64,000 bases of DNA, taken from positions 53,124 through 117,123 of IMG/VR virus record IMGVR_UViG_3300005253_000361; one strand, 5' to 3'. The notes under the pieces are model-generated. The model was given only the letters and a program-made list of their open reading frames with translations, did no database searches and had not been told where the DNA came from. Below are positions 54,052 to 63,971 of this stretch, in pieces; the first letter of the stretch is position 1, and every line of letters begins with the position of its first letter. The translations under genes and the position numbers were made by a program. The stretch is from a virus.

Positions 54052-54638
54052 ACTGGGACTGGAGTGAGCTCGCCGAGAGGGATGACTGGCGAGACTACAT
54101 CCTGCCGAACCGTACCGATGAGCAGTTCTGGGCCGAGGGACGAGAAGAGGCCCGGGCGCTGGAACGGCTCATTACCCATCGTGAGGTTGTGTGCGATGTC
54201 GGGGCCGGAGTTGGGCGCGTGCTCCGCTACATCGATGCGGGACACAGGATTGCGGTCGAGCCGATCGACGCCTTCCGGGAGCGCATCGACCTCCCAGGCT
54301 GCACGCTGCTCCGCGACGTTAGCGAGGTCGAGACCGGGACGGTCGATTTTGCCTACTGCCTGATGGTGTACCAGCATGTCGACCGCGAGGAACAGAAACG
54401 TCTCACCTCAGAGCTGGCTCGAATGCTGGCACCGGGCGGGCAGGCACTGATCCAGATTCCGTGCGGTCCCTACTACCAGATGGACCGGCTGCAGAGGCAG
54501 GAGGCCAACATTTGGGCCGCGGCGTACAACACGTTCTTCGACAGTTCGCGCGTATACCCGGGACGCCTCGCCGGCTACGAGACCGACGTCGAGGGGCCCC
54601 AGGAGCTATTCATTCTCGGAACACGATCTGGCGCCTGA
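54048..54638 (+). CDS. Class I SAM-dependent methyltransferase
   Basis: VCDVGAGVGR, VYQHV, RMLAPGG. Confidence 0.85.
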   Translation: MNWDWSELAERDDWRDYILPNRTDEQFWAEGREEARALERLITHREVVCDVGAGVGRVLRYIDAGHRIAVEPIDAFRERIDLPGCTLLRDVSEVETGTVDFAYCLMVYQHVDREEQKRLTSELARMLAPGGQALIQIPCGPYYQMDRLQRQEANIWAAAYNTFFDSSRVYPGRLAGYETDVEGPQELFILGTRSGA

Positions 54639-54661
54639 GGGGCGCTACAAGGAGGGGGAAC

Positions 54662-54925
54662 ATGGACATGAGGAGTACTAGCCAGAAGAAGAAGCGGAAG
54701 AAGAAACCCAGTCTGAGAGCTCGGGTCGTGGGGGCTTTGGCTGTCATGGTGGGCCTACTGGGGCTCGCGTTCGGCGTCGGGCTCAGCGCCATCTGGCTGC
54801 TCCAGCAGGTCTGGAACGGATTCGTGCCGGTCGCGTTCGGGGGCCACGTGCTCACATTCGGCGAGACCGCAAGCGGGATCGTGCTGGCGATCGTGGCGGT
54901 CCTGGCTCTGCGGGTGAAGCGATGA
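54662..54925 (+). CDS. Small membrane protein
   Basis: Basic N-terminus plus two TM helices. Confidence 0.6.
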   Translation: MDMRSTSQKKKRKKKPSLRARVVGALAVMVGLLGLAFGVGLSAIWLLQQVWNGFVPVAFGGHVLTFGETASGIVLAIVAVLALRVKR

Positions 54926-55848
54926 AGGGCCTCCACAGCTATCCGAAAATCTGGCAGCTAGGCCATCCGAATATTGCGAATCTGTTCGACGGGCCGGTGG
55001 TGGTGTCAGAAAAGGTCGATGGGAGCCAATTTAGCTTCGGCGTCCGGGACGGTGAGCTCAAGATGCGCTCCAAGGGCGTTGAGGTGGTGGAGCCGGTCGA
55101 CGACAAGAACTTCAACCAGGCGGCCGCGACGGCCCGCCGACTCTTTGACGAGGGCCTGCTCCACGAGGGCTGGATCTACCGCGGCGAGTCGATGCGGTCG
55201 GAGAGCCACAACACGCTTCGGTACGCGCGACAACCGCGGCACGGGTTTGTTTTGTTCGACATCGACGTCGAGATCGAGACCCGCCTACAGCCGAATCGCT
55301 TTTTCGATGAGGTAAGGAAGCTCGGGCTCGAGTACTGCCCGGTTCTCTACACGGGTGTGGTTGAGAATGCGGAGGAGCTCAAGCGGCTGCTCGACACTGA
55401 GTCGTTCCTCGGCGGCACCAAGGTCGAGGGGGTGGTGATCAAGAACTACGTCCGGTGGGATGAGCGCTCCGGCAAGCAGCTGATGGGCAAGATCGTGAGC
55501 GACGAGTTCCGGGAGCGGCACACGAAGCAGTGGCGGGCCGACAATCCAGGTGGCCAGAGGATCATCGAGCAGCTGGTCCAGACGCTCTCGTGCGAGCCCC
55601 GCTACCTCAAGGCTCTCCAGAAGCTTGATGAGCTGGGGCAGCTGACCGGGACCACCCAGGATATCGGCCCGCTGATGAAGATCGCGAGCCAGGACATCGA
55701 GGCAGAGGAGCAGGAATGGATCCGCGAGCAGCTCTACCGATGGGCTAGGAAGAAGATCCTGCGGGGCTCAGTCCGAGCGCTCCCGACCTGGTACAAAGAC
55801 CGGCTCGCTGAGAGTCAATTCGACGAGGCCTCGGAGGAGGCCGCATAG
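54922..55848 (+). CDS. ATP-dependent RNA ligase (Rnl2-like)
   Basis: Nucleotidyltransferase motifs EKVDGSQ, GE, FVLFDI, EGVVIK, K. Confidence 0.85.
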   Translation: MKGLHSYPKIWQLGHPNIANLFDGPVVVSEKVDGSQFSFGVRDGELKMRSKGVEVVEPVDDKNFNQAAATARRLFDEGLLHEGWIYRGESMRSESHNTLRYARQPRHGFVLFDIDVEIETRLQPNRFFDEVRKLGLEYCPVLYTGVVENAEELKRLLDTESFLGGTKVEGVVIKNYVRWDERSGKQLMGKIVSDEFRERHTKQWRADNPGGQRIIEQLVQTLSCEPRYLKALQKLDELGQLTGTTQDIGPLMKIASQDIEAEEQEWIREQLYRWARKKILRGSVRALPTWYKDRLAESQFDEASEEAA

Positions 55849-55861
55849 CAAGGAGGGGGAA

Positions 55862-57561
55862 ATGTTCTTCACCAAAAGCTGCCAGGGCCGCGGCGTCATC
55901 ATGCGAAAGAGCTCCATGAAGTTGGTACGGCGGTCGGTCGGGGACCCGATGGGGACCCGACGATACCGAGACTGGTACTGCCGGTGGTGTACGCCTGGCC
56001 ATGACCGGGTCGAGCGCTGGAACTGCACCACGTTCTACTACCGAGACTCCGTCGAGTGTGATGCGGACGGGAACCTGCTGGAGAGCGGAGGTGCCGAGTG
56101 AGCGACCAGAGGAAGAAGAAGGTTTGGGTCGACCTGGCGTTCGTCGAAGCCCGCGCCCACGGGTGCCAACTCACGTTCGAGATCCACGATAGCTGGAACG
56201 ACTCTCGGAAACAGCAGCCCTACTACGTGATGGAGCTCAGCCCGTACGAGATCGAGTACATGATCCGTCGGCTCGGAGAGGGGTTGATCGCGATTGAGGA
56301 CCACGTGATGACGCAGCGCCGGAGGGCGATCGCGGCCCTGAAGGGAGACGACGCATGAACGGCCCGTGTCACCAAGATGCTATCCGGCGCATGTGTCTAC
56401 TGCAGGCGAAGGTTGCTCCTCGTCTCTTCGACTCTCCCTCCGATTGCTTTTGTGGGGAGGGAGGTTTCTGGGAGTCGGCTGAGTATGACGGTAGTCACGA
56501 AGGGGGCTACCGGAACGACTTTGAGGCTATCGAGTTCATCGAGAAAGCGGTGATCGCGGCCCTGAAGGGAGCCGACCGATGAAGGCCCTCCGTAGGTTGC
56601 CGGCGCCGCTCGACGGAGAGCAGGTCGCGACAGGACCGGTTCAGTTCGGGGACGACCAGCCGGGAGTGTTCATCCGGGGTGATGACGCCTACACCGCGTA
56701 CTTCGAGCTCAAAACGTTGGCCGACATCCTGAAGTCCTGCGACACGCGAGTGCTGTGTAGCTGTCCGCCGGATCGTGAACTGGACTCCGGTGAACAGTCC
56801 TACTGCCGGGAGAATCCCTGCCCGATCCACACCGGAGGGGGAGATGAAAACTGAGGTGACGATACATCCGGAGTACTACTGCCCGTGCTGTGGAGAACCA
56901 GAGCTCTACCGGGACTGCCAGGAGGAGCTGTTCGGGGAGCCCCGGACCTGGTGGTGTCGGACCTGCGGGGCCGAGTTTTCCTTCCGGTTTACCCGACACG
57001 GACTTCCGCCAGGCGGATTCCTGATTGTGCCGGATCCGAACCCCGAGGACTCACGGTTCACCGAGGAGATGGAGTGATGAAGATCGACATCGACGCGGTC
57101 GTGAAGGCGTTCGCAGAGAAGCTCCGGCGGGCACTCGAGTCCGGCGGAGGGATCGAGCTCATCGTGAAGGCCCCGGAGGTCATTCAGGATTACGGCGCGC
57201 TCTACTGCACCACTCGTCGGCGGCTTCCGGAGATCACAACACTCGTCATCACCGACTGGACCCCGCCGGAGCCCTCGTATGACGAGCTGGTCGAGAGCTG
57301 GCTCGAACGAAATCGCCAGTGCCTCGAGCGAGAAGATGACTGCGAGTTCTGTGCCGCCGACGTCTGCCTGGAGGCGGAGTGATGTTGTGTCCGCACTGTT
57401 GTGAGGCGCTAACCGAAGACGAAATCTTCAACCTCCTGAACGACATCATGGCCCGGCGGGCCCGTGAGTGTCTCCATCTAGAGGGTGAGCAGAATCCCAA
57501 CGACCCGAGCCAGCAGATCTGTATCGACTGCGGGTACGTGCAGCCCGGGAGGGCCATGTGA
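55862..57561 (+). CDS. Run of seven small coupled hypothetical genes (55862-56101, 56098-56358, 56355-56582, 56579-56854, 56844-57077, 57077-57382, 57379-57561)
   Basis: Overlapping stop/start codons with GGAG RBSs; several carry CxxC zinc ribbons. Confidence 0.6.
56328..56571. repeat. 20-bp exact direct repeat (56328-56347 and 56552-56571)
   Basis: GATCGCGGCCCTGAAGGGAG at the 3' ends of two adjacent genes. Confidence 0.85.
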
Positions 57562-58157
57562 GCGAAGGAACCATTCTCTCGAGGGACGAGGTGCTGACAT
57601 TGGTACGCACCACAGTAACGCACGACTTGTCCCCTTACGCGGTGGCGGATCTATTGACGACCTGCTTGGCCCTCGGGCGGGCCAACCGCAAGACGCGTTA
57701 CTACTACCGACGAACGGAGCACGACGACATGCCCCACGAAGACCACGACCCGACGCCGTTGCCCGAACGTCTCGCCGGCCTGCTCGCCGCCACCAGGCCC
57801 AAGACGGTGTTGCAGATCGCCGATCAGTTGCACGTGCGACCGAACACGGTCTCTAAAATGCTGATCTACATGGTGGAGCACGGGGCTGTCAAACGCGCCG
57901 GCGCCGGCAAGCGCGGTGACCCCTACACGTACAGCGATATCGATACCATCAGCATCGCGCCAATCGTCGACATCACGCCCGAAGACGTCGAGGCCGATAC
58001 CCCAGCACCCCCGGAATCAGGGTTTGTTGCGGACGCCTACGCCATAGTCATTCAGGACGTGCAGCACCGCGCCCGAGAGGCGGACCACGATCGCCGGATG
58101 CTCGACCAGGTGGCGACGCTGCTCGGCCGGATCGTCGACGGCGAGGCCGACCGATGA
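57558..58157 (+). CDS. Winged-helix DNA-binding protein
   Basis: PKTVLQIADQLHVRPNTVSKMLIYMVEHGAVKRAG...PYTY. Confidence 0.7.
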   Translation: MSEGTILSRDEVLTLVRTTVTHDLSPYAVADLLTTCLALGRANRKTRYYYRRTEHDDMPHEDHDPTPLPERLAGLLAATRPKTVLQIADQLHVRPNTVSKMLIYMVEHGAVKRAGAGKRGDPYTYSDIDTISIAPIVDITPEDVEADTPAPPESGFVADAYAIVIQDVQHRAREADHDRRMLDQVATLLGRIVDGEADR

Positions 58158-58501
58158 TGCTCCCGAAGCCCCCGAAGCGCATCAAGGATCCGGAGCTGAT
58201 GGAACGCTTCCGCGAGGTGCGGCCACGGTGCCAGGTCTGCGGCAGTACGCGGTACCTGGAGAGCCACCACATGACCGACCTGGATATGCACCGGCGCTCC
58301 GACGTGTTCCCGAACCTGATGCGGCTGTGCCGCGATTGCCACCACGTGCAGTTCCACGGCGGTGCGCTATGGACGAATAAGGAGATGCGGCGAATGAAGA
58401 ACTACGACGAGCGCTTCTACCGGAACGAGTACGCGGAGCTCGAGCTGCTCTACGACGGGAGGGTGTTGTGGGCGGACACCACCCCGGAGCCAACCTCATG
58501 A
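58154..58501 (+). CDS. HNH endonuclease
   Basis: CQVCG...ESHH...NLMRLCRDCHHVQFH. Confidence 0.8.
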   Translation: MMLPKPPKRIKDPELMERFREVRPRCQVCGSTRYLESHHMTDLDMHRRSDVFPNLMRLCRDCHHVQFHGGALWTNKEMRRMKNYDERFYRNEYAELELLYDGRVLWADTTPEPTS

Positions 58502-58571
58502 CCTGCCCGAACTGCGCCACCCGCGACGCCCTACTGCAACGTGCGTTGCCGTACTTTCCCTGGAGGCTGTA

Positions 58572-60876
58572 ATGGCTGAAACGCTAGATAAGTCGCTACA
58601 CCAGATCGCGGAAAAGCTGCCATCCCCCGAGTTCGATTCGGTGGCCTACGAGATAGCGACCACCGGGGATCTGGTTCGGGCACATTCGCTTGCTTACGTT
58701 CGTCGAATTGCCGCTCTCGACACCCTACTGGACCTCGAAAGGCGTGCGCTTCTGCTCCAATCGCGGCGGTGGGAAGAGGCCCGAGAGCTACTAGTGCGCA
58801 CGCTGCCAATCCTGGCCCAATACCTCGACGCGGACCCGATAGCCGACACGATGGGAGTTGTTAGCGATCTGTACCGTGATATCTCGGAAGAGGCTCTCGG
58901 GATGCAACCTGAGGATGCCGGCCCGTGACCCCCGCCCAGCAGTACCTCAAGGAGATAGAGCGGCTAAGGGAAGAGGCTACGCAGTCTGCGAGACCGTGGG
59001 CCTTGCATTGTGCCCTAGAGGACTCACAACGGGCGGTAGGGCGGGTGATCCGAGCGGCTGCGATCTGCGACCGGTTGGGGCCAGCGTTCGACGAATGTTC
59101 CCGAGAGGCCCGCGAAGAACTCCGCGAAGCCCTCAACGACCTCCCCGTGGAGGTGGACGATGTGTGAATGGGGCACCGATGAGCCCGTCGAGGTTTTCAT
59201 CTCGGCTGACGTAAGCCACACGGGGGCGGATCGCTTCGATATTAAGCCCATTGACGCCTGCATAGCACCCATTGTGCGCGCCCTGACGAACGCCGGGATC
59301 CTAACGGGCGGCTCGTGTTGCGGGCACGGTAAGGCGGATGGCTGGATATATCTCGAAGACGGGCGAGAACTCGTGATCCGCAAATCGGGCCGCAGTTCTT
59401 GCAGCCCTCGCCCCGGAGACAAGCGATGAGGACCGGCCACCTTCGCGGCCATCAAATCTACTGCGACGATCATGACGTTTGGCGATACGTCGATAACAAC
59501 GAGCCGACCGTTGGGGCCGAGCGACCATGCGGTGTTTGCCTAGTTGCCACCGGGCCGAGCGGACACGACCCGTGCATTGGTGAAGTGCCGGGAGCAATCA
59601 ACGCCTGCTGCGGGCACGGCAATGATGATGAAGCGTATGTCCAGTACCCGGACGGGGTTCGGCTCGACGGGATGGATGCTATGCGGGTGTTTCAAACGGA
59701 GAAGACCGATGAGTGAGCAAGCACTAGACAATTGTTATGGCACGAACCTTTGCGTGTACTGCCACGAAGCGGGCCTCGCCGTTGAGGGCGTGTTCTTTTC
59801 CGAAATAGTCGTCAACGCCGATGGTGATGAAGGCGGATGGCTATGCGAGAGCTGCGCTGGCCCTGATGACCTCCCGCCGGAGGGTCAGCCCGAGGGGGAG
59901 GGACCGTGAGCCTACCGAGCCACACGGTTATCACAGAGAAAGATAGGCCCGTTGCCTACGCATTGCGCAGGCTCGCGTTGGAGGCTGAGCAGCTGTCCGG
60001 TCGCCTAATGGATGCCTCCGATGTGGTTGCGGAGCTAGAAAAACGGGAACTACTTGGCCGTGCCATGGTGGAGCGTCAGCGCCAAATGTTAAATGACGCC
60101 GCCCAGCACCCTACAGGAGACACCGAACCATGAAGCCATTGAACATCGACCAACAAATCCAAGTCTGCCGGGTGCTCGGGTGGCTGTCGCTGATGATCGA
60201 AGGCACCTCGCTCTCGTATGAGCAGCACGCTTTCGTGGTTGCCGCCGCGAAAGAGCTTTGTCCGATCTTGAACCTGGACGACAGCAGCCGGCCGACAGAC
60301 AACCTGTGGGAGTTGGGCGGGTTGCCCGAGCAGGGGTTAGAGAACGACGCCCAGGCAAAGGCGCTCACCGACTCGCTGGCGATGCTCGTGCGGCCCCTGC
60401 AACGACGTACTCACCCGGAGGGAGACACCAAATGAGCGACCCAATCTACCCCGACCGACCCCTGTGCAAGAGCGTCAACAAGGGGACTCCCTGCCCCCTC
60501 AACTACGGGCACCCCGGACCTCACGGCCACGGCGACCCCTGGAAACCGGACGACGCCAACCACGGCGAACTGTGGCCCCACGAGCTAGACGATGGCCACC
60601 CGCACCCGGCGGGTTACTTCAACACGGACTGACATGAGCGACCCAGCGAGCGGCGAGAGCCTAGCGGAGCGGATTCGGAAACTTCTACTTACCCCTGCCG
60701 TTGCGTTCGCAATCCCCGACGATGCCGTGCGGAACGACATCCAGAAGCAGGTTCGCGCCCTAGTCGACGAAGTAGGGGCGCTGAAGGCTGAGGTTGAAAA
60801 ATGGAAGACCTTTGGCCGCAACAAAGACAAGATCATCGCCGCCCTCAACCCAGGAGACACCGATGAGCGTACTTGA
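58572..60876 (+). CDS. Run of nine small coupled hypothetical genes (58572-58928, 58925-59167, 59160-59429, 59426-59716, 59709-59909, 59906-60133, 60130-60435, 60432-60632, 60634-60876)
   Basis: Overlapping start/stop codons and GGAG RBSs; two adjacent ORFs share CCGHG. Confidence 0.6.
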
Positions 60877-61105
60877 AGCTGTTGCAGCCGAACGGGAACG
60901 ACAGGACGAGAAGTGGGGCGGGCTGGAGCATGACGATCAACACAACAGCCACGACTGGCTCGCGTACATCGTTCGATATCTCGGGCGCTCCGTTGCGTAT
61001 GGACCGTTTGATTCTCTGCGTTTCCGACGACACATGGTTCAGGTCGCAGCACTTGCTGTAGCTGCCGCTGAGTGGGCCGACCGCCTCATAGACGACGGCC
61101 GATGA
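60863..61105 (+). CDS. MazG-like nucleotide pyrophosphohydrolase-related protein
   Basis: VAAERERQDEKWG...W...VQVAALAVAAAE. Confidence 0.65.
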   Translation: MSVLEAVAAERERQDEKWGGLEHDDQHNSHDWLAYIVRYLGRSVAYGPFDSLRFRRHMVQVAALAVAAAEWADRLIDDGR

Positions 61106-61593
61106 CTGACCTACCCTGGGACCCCAGCCTGTCGGACGGCTGCAGCTCGCTGGCGTTCATGACGGCGGCCGGCCTCGATCCGGAGCTCACCAAGGAGGCC
61201 CAGCTGGCGATCATCAAGGTGGTGTTCGGTACGAGCTGGCGCCGGGCGATCGCCGCATGCCACGAGCACGATCGAGCTTACGCTTTCGGCGGTAGACCCC
61301 TAGACCGATCGATAGCCGACGACAACCTACATTTCGCGTGGCTCCAGATAGCGGATGAGCACCGCGCCCCGAACCGGTGGCCGCGGACGATGTGGAGGTA
61401 CTGGTGGGAGCGGCGCGGGATTTGTGCGTGGGCCGCAATCGGCTACGGGGCAATCCGGGCGTTCGGCGGCCCCCAGGGGAGGATTCCCGGCGTCTCGTGG
61501 GGCTACCTGCCGGACCAGGATGGCAGGCGTCAGTTTACCTACACAGAGGAGGGGGGAGAGCTGATGCCTGACAAGAGTCTGGCGGGGCGGTAG
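61102..61593 (+). CDS. Phospholipase A2-like fold protein
   Basis: DGCS...ACHEHDRAYAFGG...RSIADDNL. Confidence 0.5.
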   Translation: MTDLPWDPSLSDGCSSLAFMTAAGLDPELTKEAQLAIIKVVFGTSWRRAIAACHEHDRAYAFGGRPLDRSIADDNLHFAWLQIADEHRAPNRWPRTMWRYWWERRGICAWAAIGYGAIRAFGGPQGRIPGVSWGYLPDQDGRRQFTYTEEGGELMPDKSLAGR

Positions 61594-61743
61594 AGGGAGC
61601 TTCGGGATGAGATTGAAGAGAGCCTCGACGACCCTGGACACACCCAGTGCATCCTCGAAGAATTCTACCTTCGGGTCGACGATGTGGAGGCGCTGGAGGA
61701 GACGGTACGGAAGATCAGAGTAGCCCTGGTTAGGAGGTACTGA
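61564..61743 (+). pseudogene. Small ORF interrupted by in-frame TAG (61591-61593)
   Basis: MPDKSLAGR*RELRDEIEESL...RVDDVEALEETVRKI...; has an RBS and ends in TGATG coupling to the next gene. Confidence 0.45.
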
Positions 61744-62120
61744 TGAGTAGCCGGTACGCGGGTAGCACATGGATTGAAGAGAGGGGTTGGAGTCAGATGA
61801 GCCCCCTGGGGCGGCAGGTGGCGGACATCCTGGGGTACTGCTGGAGTGGGATCTACCACCTCGAGGATAGGTACCTGCGGGAGGTTGAGTGGGGCGACCC
61901 GCACCAGATGGTGATCCGGTTCCGCGGTGAGCTCGCCACCTACGACTTCTCCCACCTGACCGAGCTGGTTCTGCTGGCCCACCGGGAAGGCATCCGGATC
62001 GCGGTCGCGCCCAAGTCCAACTGGACTCTCGAGCTGAGGTTCAGCCGGCGCTACGGTGGACTGGGGGCGCACCCGTCGATCGGTCAGGTTATACAGCGAG
62101 TAGGGGAGCAGTGGCGATGA
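61743..62120 (+). CDS. Hypothetical protein
   Basis: GIYHL...LATYDFSHLTELVLLAH; AGGAGG RBS. Confidence 0.7.
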   Translation: MSSRYAGSTWIEERGWSQMSPLGRQVADILGYCWSGIYHLEDRYLREVEWGDPHQMVIRFRGELATYDFSHLTELVLLAHREGIRIAVAPKSNWTLELRFSRRYGGLGAHPSIGQVIQRVGEQWR

Positions 62121-62578
62121 GGCGTATCGAGATGCGTCTGGACTCACGTCATTATCTTCCCTGGATCAGCGAGGAGAATCGGCAGATCCGGAGACTCTAC
62201 TGGAGCGCTACGTGGTGCGAGATCATGGAGGCGCTCCCGGGCCGGACCCGAGGGTCGATCAAGTGTCAGGCGGCCAAGCTGGGGGTTCGACGACGCTGCT
62301 GGGAGGTGGAGGGGAATACGGGTCAGAGTTGTATCTGGAGTCCCGAGGACCAGGAGCTACTGCGATACGGGATGCGGAACGGCTGGACGGTCGACGCGAC
62401 CGCTACTCTTCTGGGTCGTACCGTCGATGCGGTGCTGTTCCGGGCAGTAAATCAGGGACTGCTGGGTCGTCCCTTGGTGCTCCACGAGCTCCAGGACATT
62501 GACCTCGACTACCTGGACGACGGTCCCTACGGGGACTACGACGCCGAATGGGCAGAACCGCCGCACCCGTGGGACTAG
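62117..62578 (+). CDS. Myb/SANT-like repeat DNA-binding protein
   Basis: WISEENRQI...LPGRTRGSIKCQAAKLG and WSPEDQELL...LGRTVDAV. Confidence 0.65.
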   Translation: MRRIEMRLDSRHYLPWISEENRQIRRLYWSATWCEIMEALPGRTRGSIKCQAAKLGVRRRCWEVEGNTGQSCIWSPEDQELLRYGMRNGWTVDATATLLGRTVDAVLFRAVNQGLLGRPLVLHELQDIDLDYLDDGPYGDYDAEWAEPPHPWD

Positions 62579-62592
62579 GACAAGGAGGGGAA

Positions 62593-63090
62593 ATGAATAC
62601 CCGGTGGACTGCTATCGAGGACAGGGTTTTGGAGCGGGGCGAACTTCACCGGACTACCGTTCGTGAGCTCCAGCGTCGGCTGCCGGGCCGATCCGTGGAG
62701 GCGATCAACTGCCGCCGACGGAGGCTCGGGTTACACCGGCCCCAGGTGGTGCAGGTGAAGATCGCGCTAGAGGGCTACCAGTACCGCATCTCGGTCGGCG
62801 TGCTGGTGGCGGCCCTGGAGCGCTACGGCCTCAACGGTCCTGTGTTCGCCGGCTACAACTACGAGCGGCCCATCGGGCGCCTTCTGTGCTGGCGAGAGGA
62901 GCCTGATGCCGTGGTGGCGACGGTCGAGTTGGCCGGCAGCATTATGTACTCGGGGCTACGGCTCAACGGAGTGTTGGGGTTTCGGGCCCTGGAGCACCAG
63001 GGGGGCCAGCTCGAGTCGATGGAGCTCGTGGCGCTGGGGGTTGAGTACGCACCCTATGCGGAGCAGGAGCCGTACCGACCAGGCGAGTAG
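62593..63090 (+). CDS. Myb-like HTH fused to an unknown beta domain
   Basis: RWTAIEDRVL...LPGRSVEAINCRRRRLG. Confidence 0.6.
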   Translation: MNTRWTAIEDRVLERGELHRTTVRELQRRLPGRSVEAINCRRRRLGLHRPQVVQVKIALEGYQYRISVGVLVAALERYGLNGPVFAGYNYERPIGRLLCWREEPDAVVATVELAGSIMYSGLRLNGVLGFRALEHQGGQLESMELVALGVEYAPYAEQEPYRPGE

Positions 63091-63529
63091 CGGCGCCGAC
63101 CCCCGGCCCCACCGGGGAGTCGCGCTGACCGCGGCATTGTTGCGCCGGCGGCCACCCGAATCGAATCCTGCGGGCAAAAGCACCGAAACCCGGTAGCTTT
63201 GGTGCCCGTCTTTGTCCCGCCGGGGCAAAATCGAATTCGGTGCTTCACGGCGCGCCAAAGTGCCGAATTATGGCATCTGGCGTTCCGCTACCCCCGGCCT
63301 AAAGTGCTTGACGCCCTCCGGGGGAAGGTGCAGGTGCCTTTCGGCCGACCGCCCTGTGCGGCATATATGAGGCAAAACATCCCGCAAGAGCCCCCTAGAG
63401 CACATATATGCCGCTTTTGGCGCATAGGGCCGGCGGTAAGTGCTTGATGCCCATAGGGGGCGGCCTCCCCAGTGGCCGTGTCCCGTTCGGGGCAGTTAGC
63501 CTCCTGGCGGCGCCCAGGTGAGCCAAATT

Positions 63530-63965
63530 GACCCGTTCGGGACCCCAGGGGGAGGCAAATGCGGGAAATCGGGCCTCGAGGGTGCGGGAAAGGGGTGTTT
63601 TGGGCGGCGGGGCGGAAATGGCGGAAATTGGGCGTTTTGGGCGGTTTACGGAGGTTTTGGGGTGTATGCGGGCGTTTTGGGCGGAAATGTGGGGGTTTGG
63701 GGCGGAAAATTGAACCGTCAGGCGACATGTGCGAAGGTCCGTATTCTCAAAAGGTCGAAAAATTTTTTCCGACTAATGCGCGGGGTATATCGCGGGTACC
63801 CCGTTTGCTTTTACCCACAATATCGTCGCCGTAAACCGTTGTAAACAAACGACTTACACCGTTTCGTACAATCAAAATCTCTTTGGATTTTTCGTATTTC
63901 AAATCTCAAATCTCGCAACATTTTAGCTTAAATGTTGCGTAGCCTATCGTAGTCGTACGCCTACG
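63530..63965. repeat. Non-coding, strand-skewed repeat region with terminal palindrome
   Basis: Four GGCGGAAA and two GGGCGTTTTGGGCGG copies; 26-bp near-perfect palindrome at 63914-63939. Confidence 0.55.
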
Positions 63966-63971
63966 TGCAGA

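Noticed and set aside
61591-61593. Genome-wide TAG recoding
   Set aside because: TAG cleanly terminates many genes (e.g. 1747, 12837, 13452) and long genes have no internal TAG.
63199-63844. ORFs called in the terminal region
   Set aside because: Low-complexity translations of G/T-skewed repeats, without RBS or phage-like codon usage.
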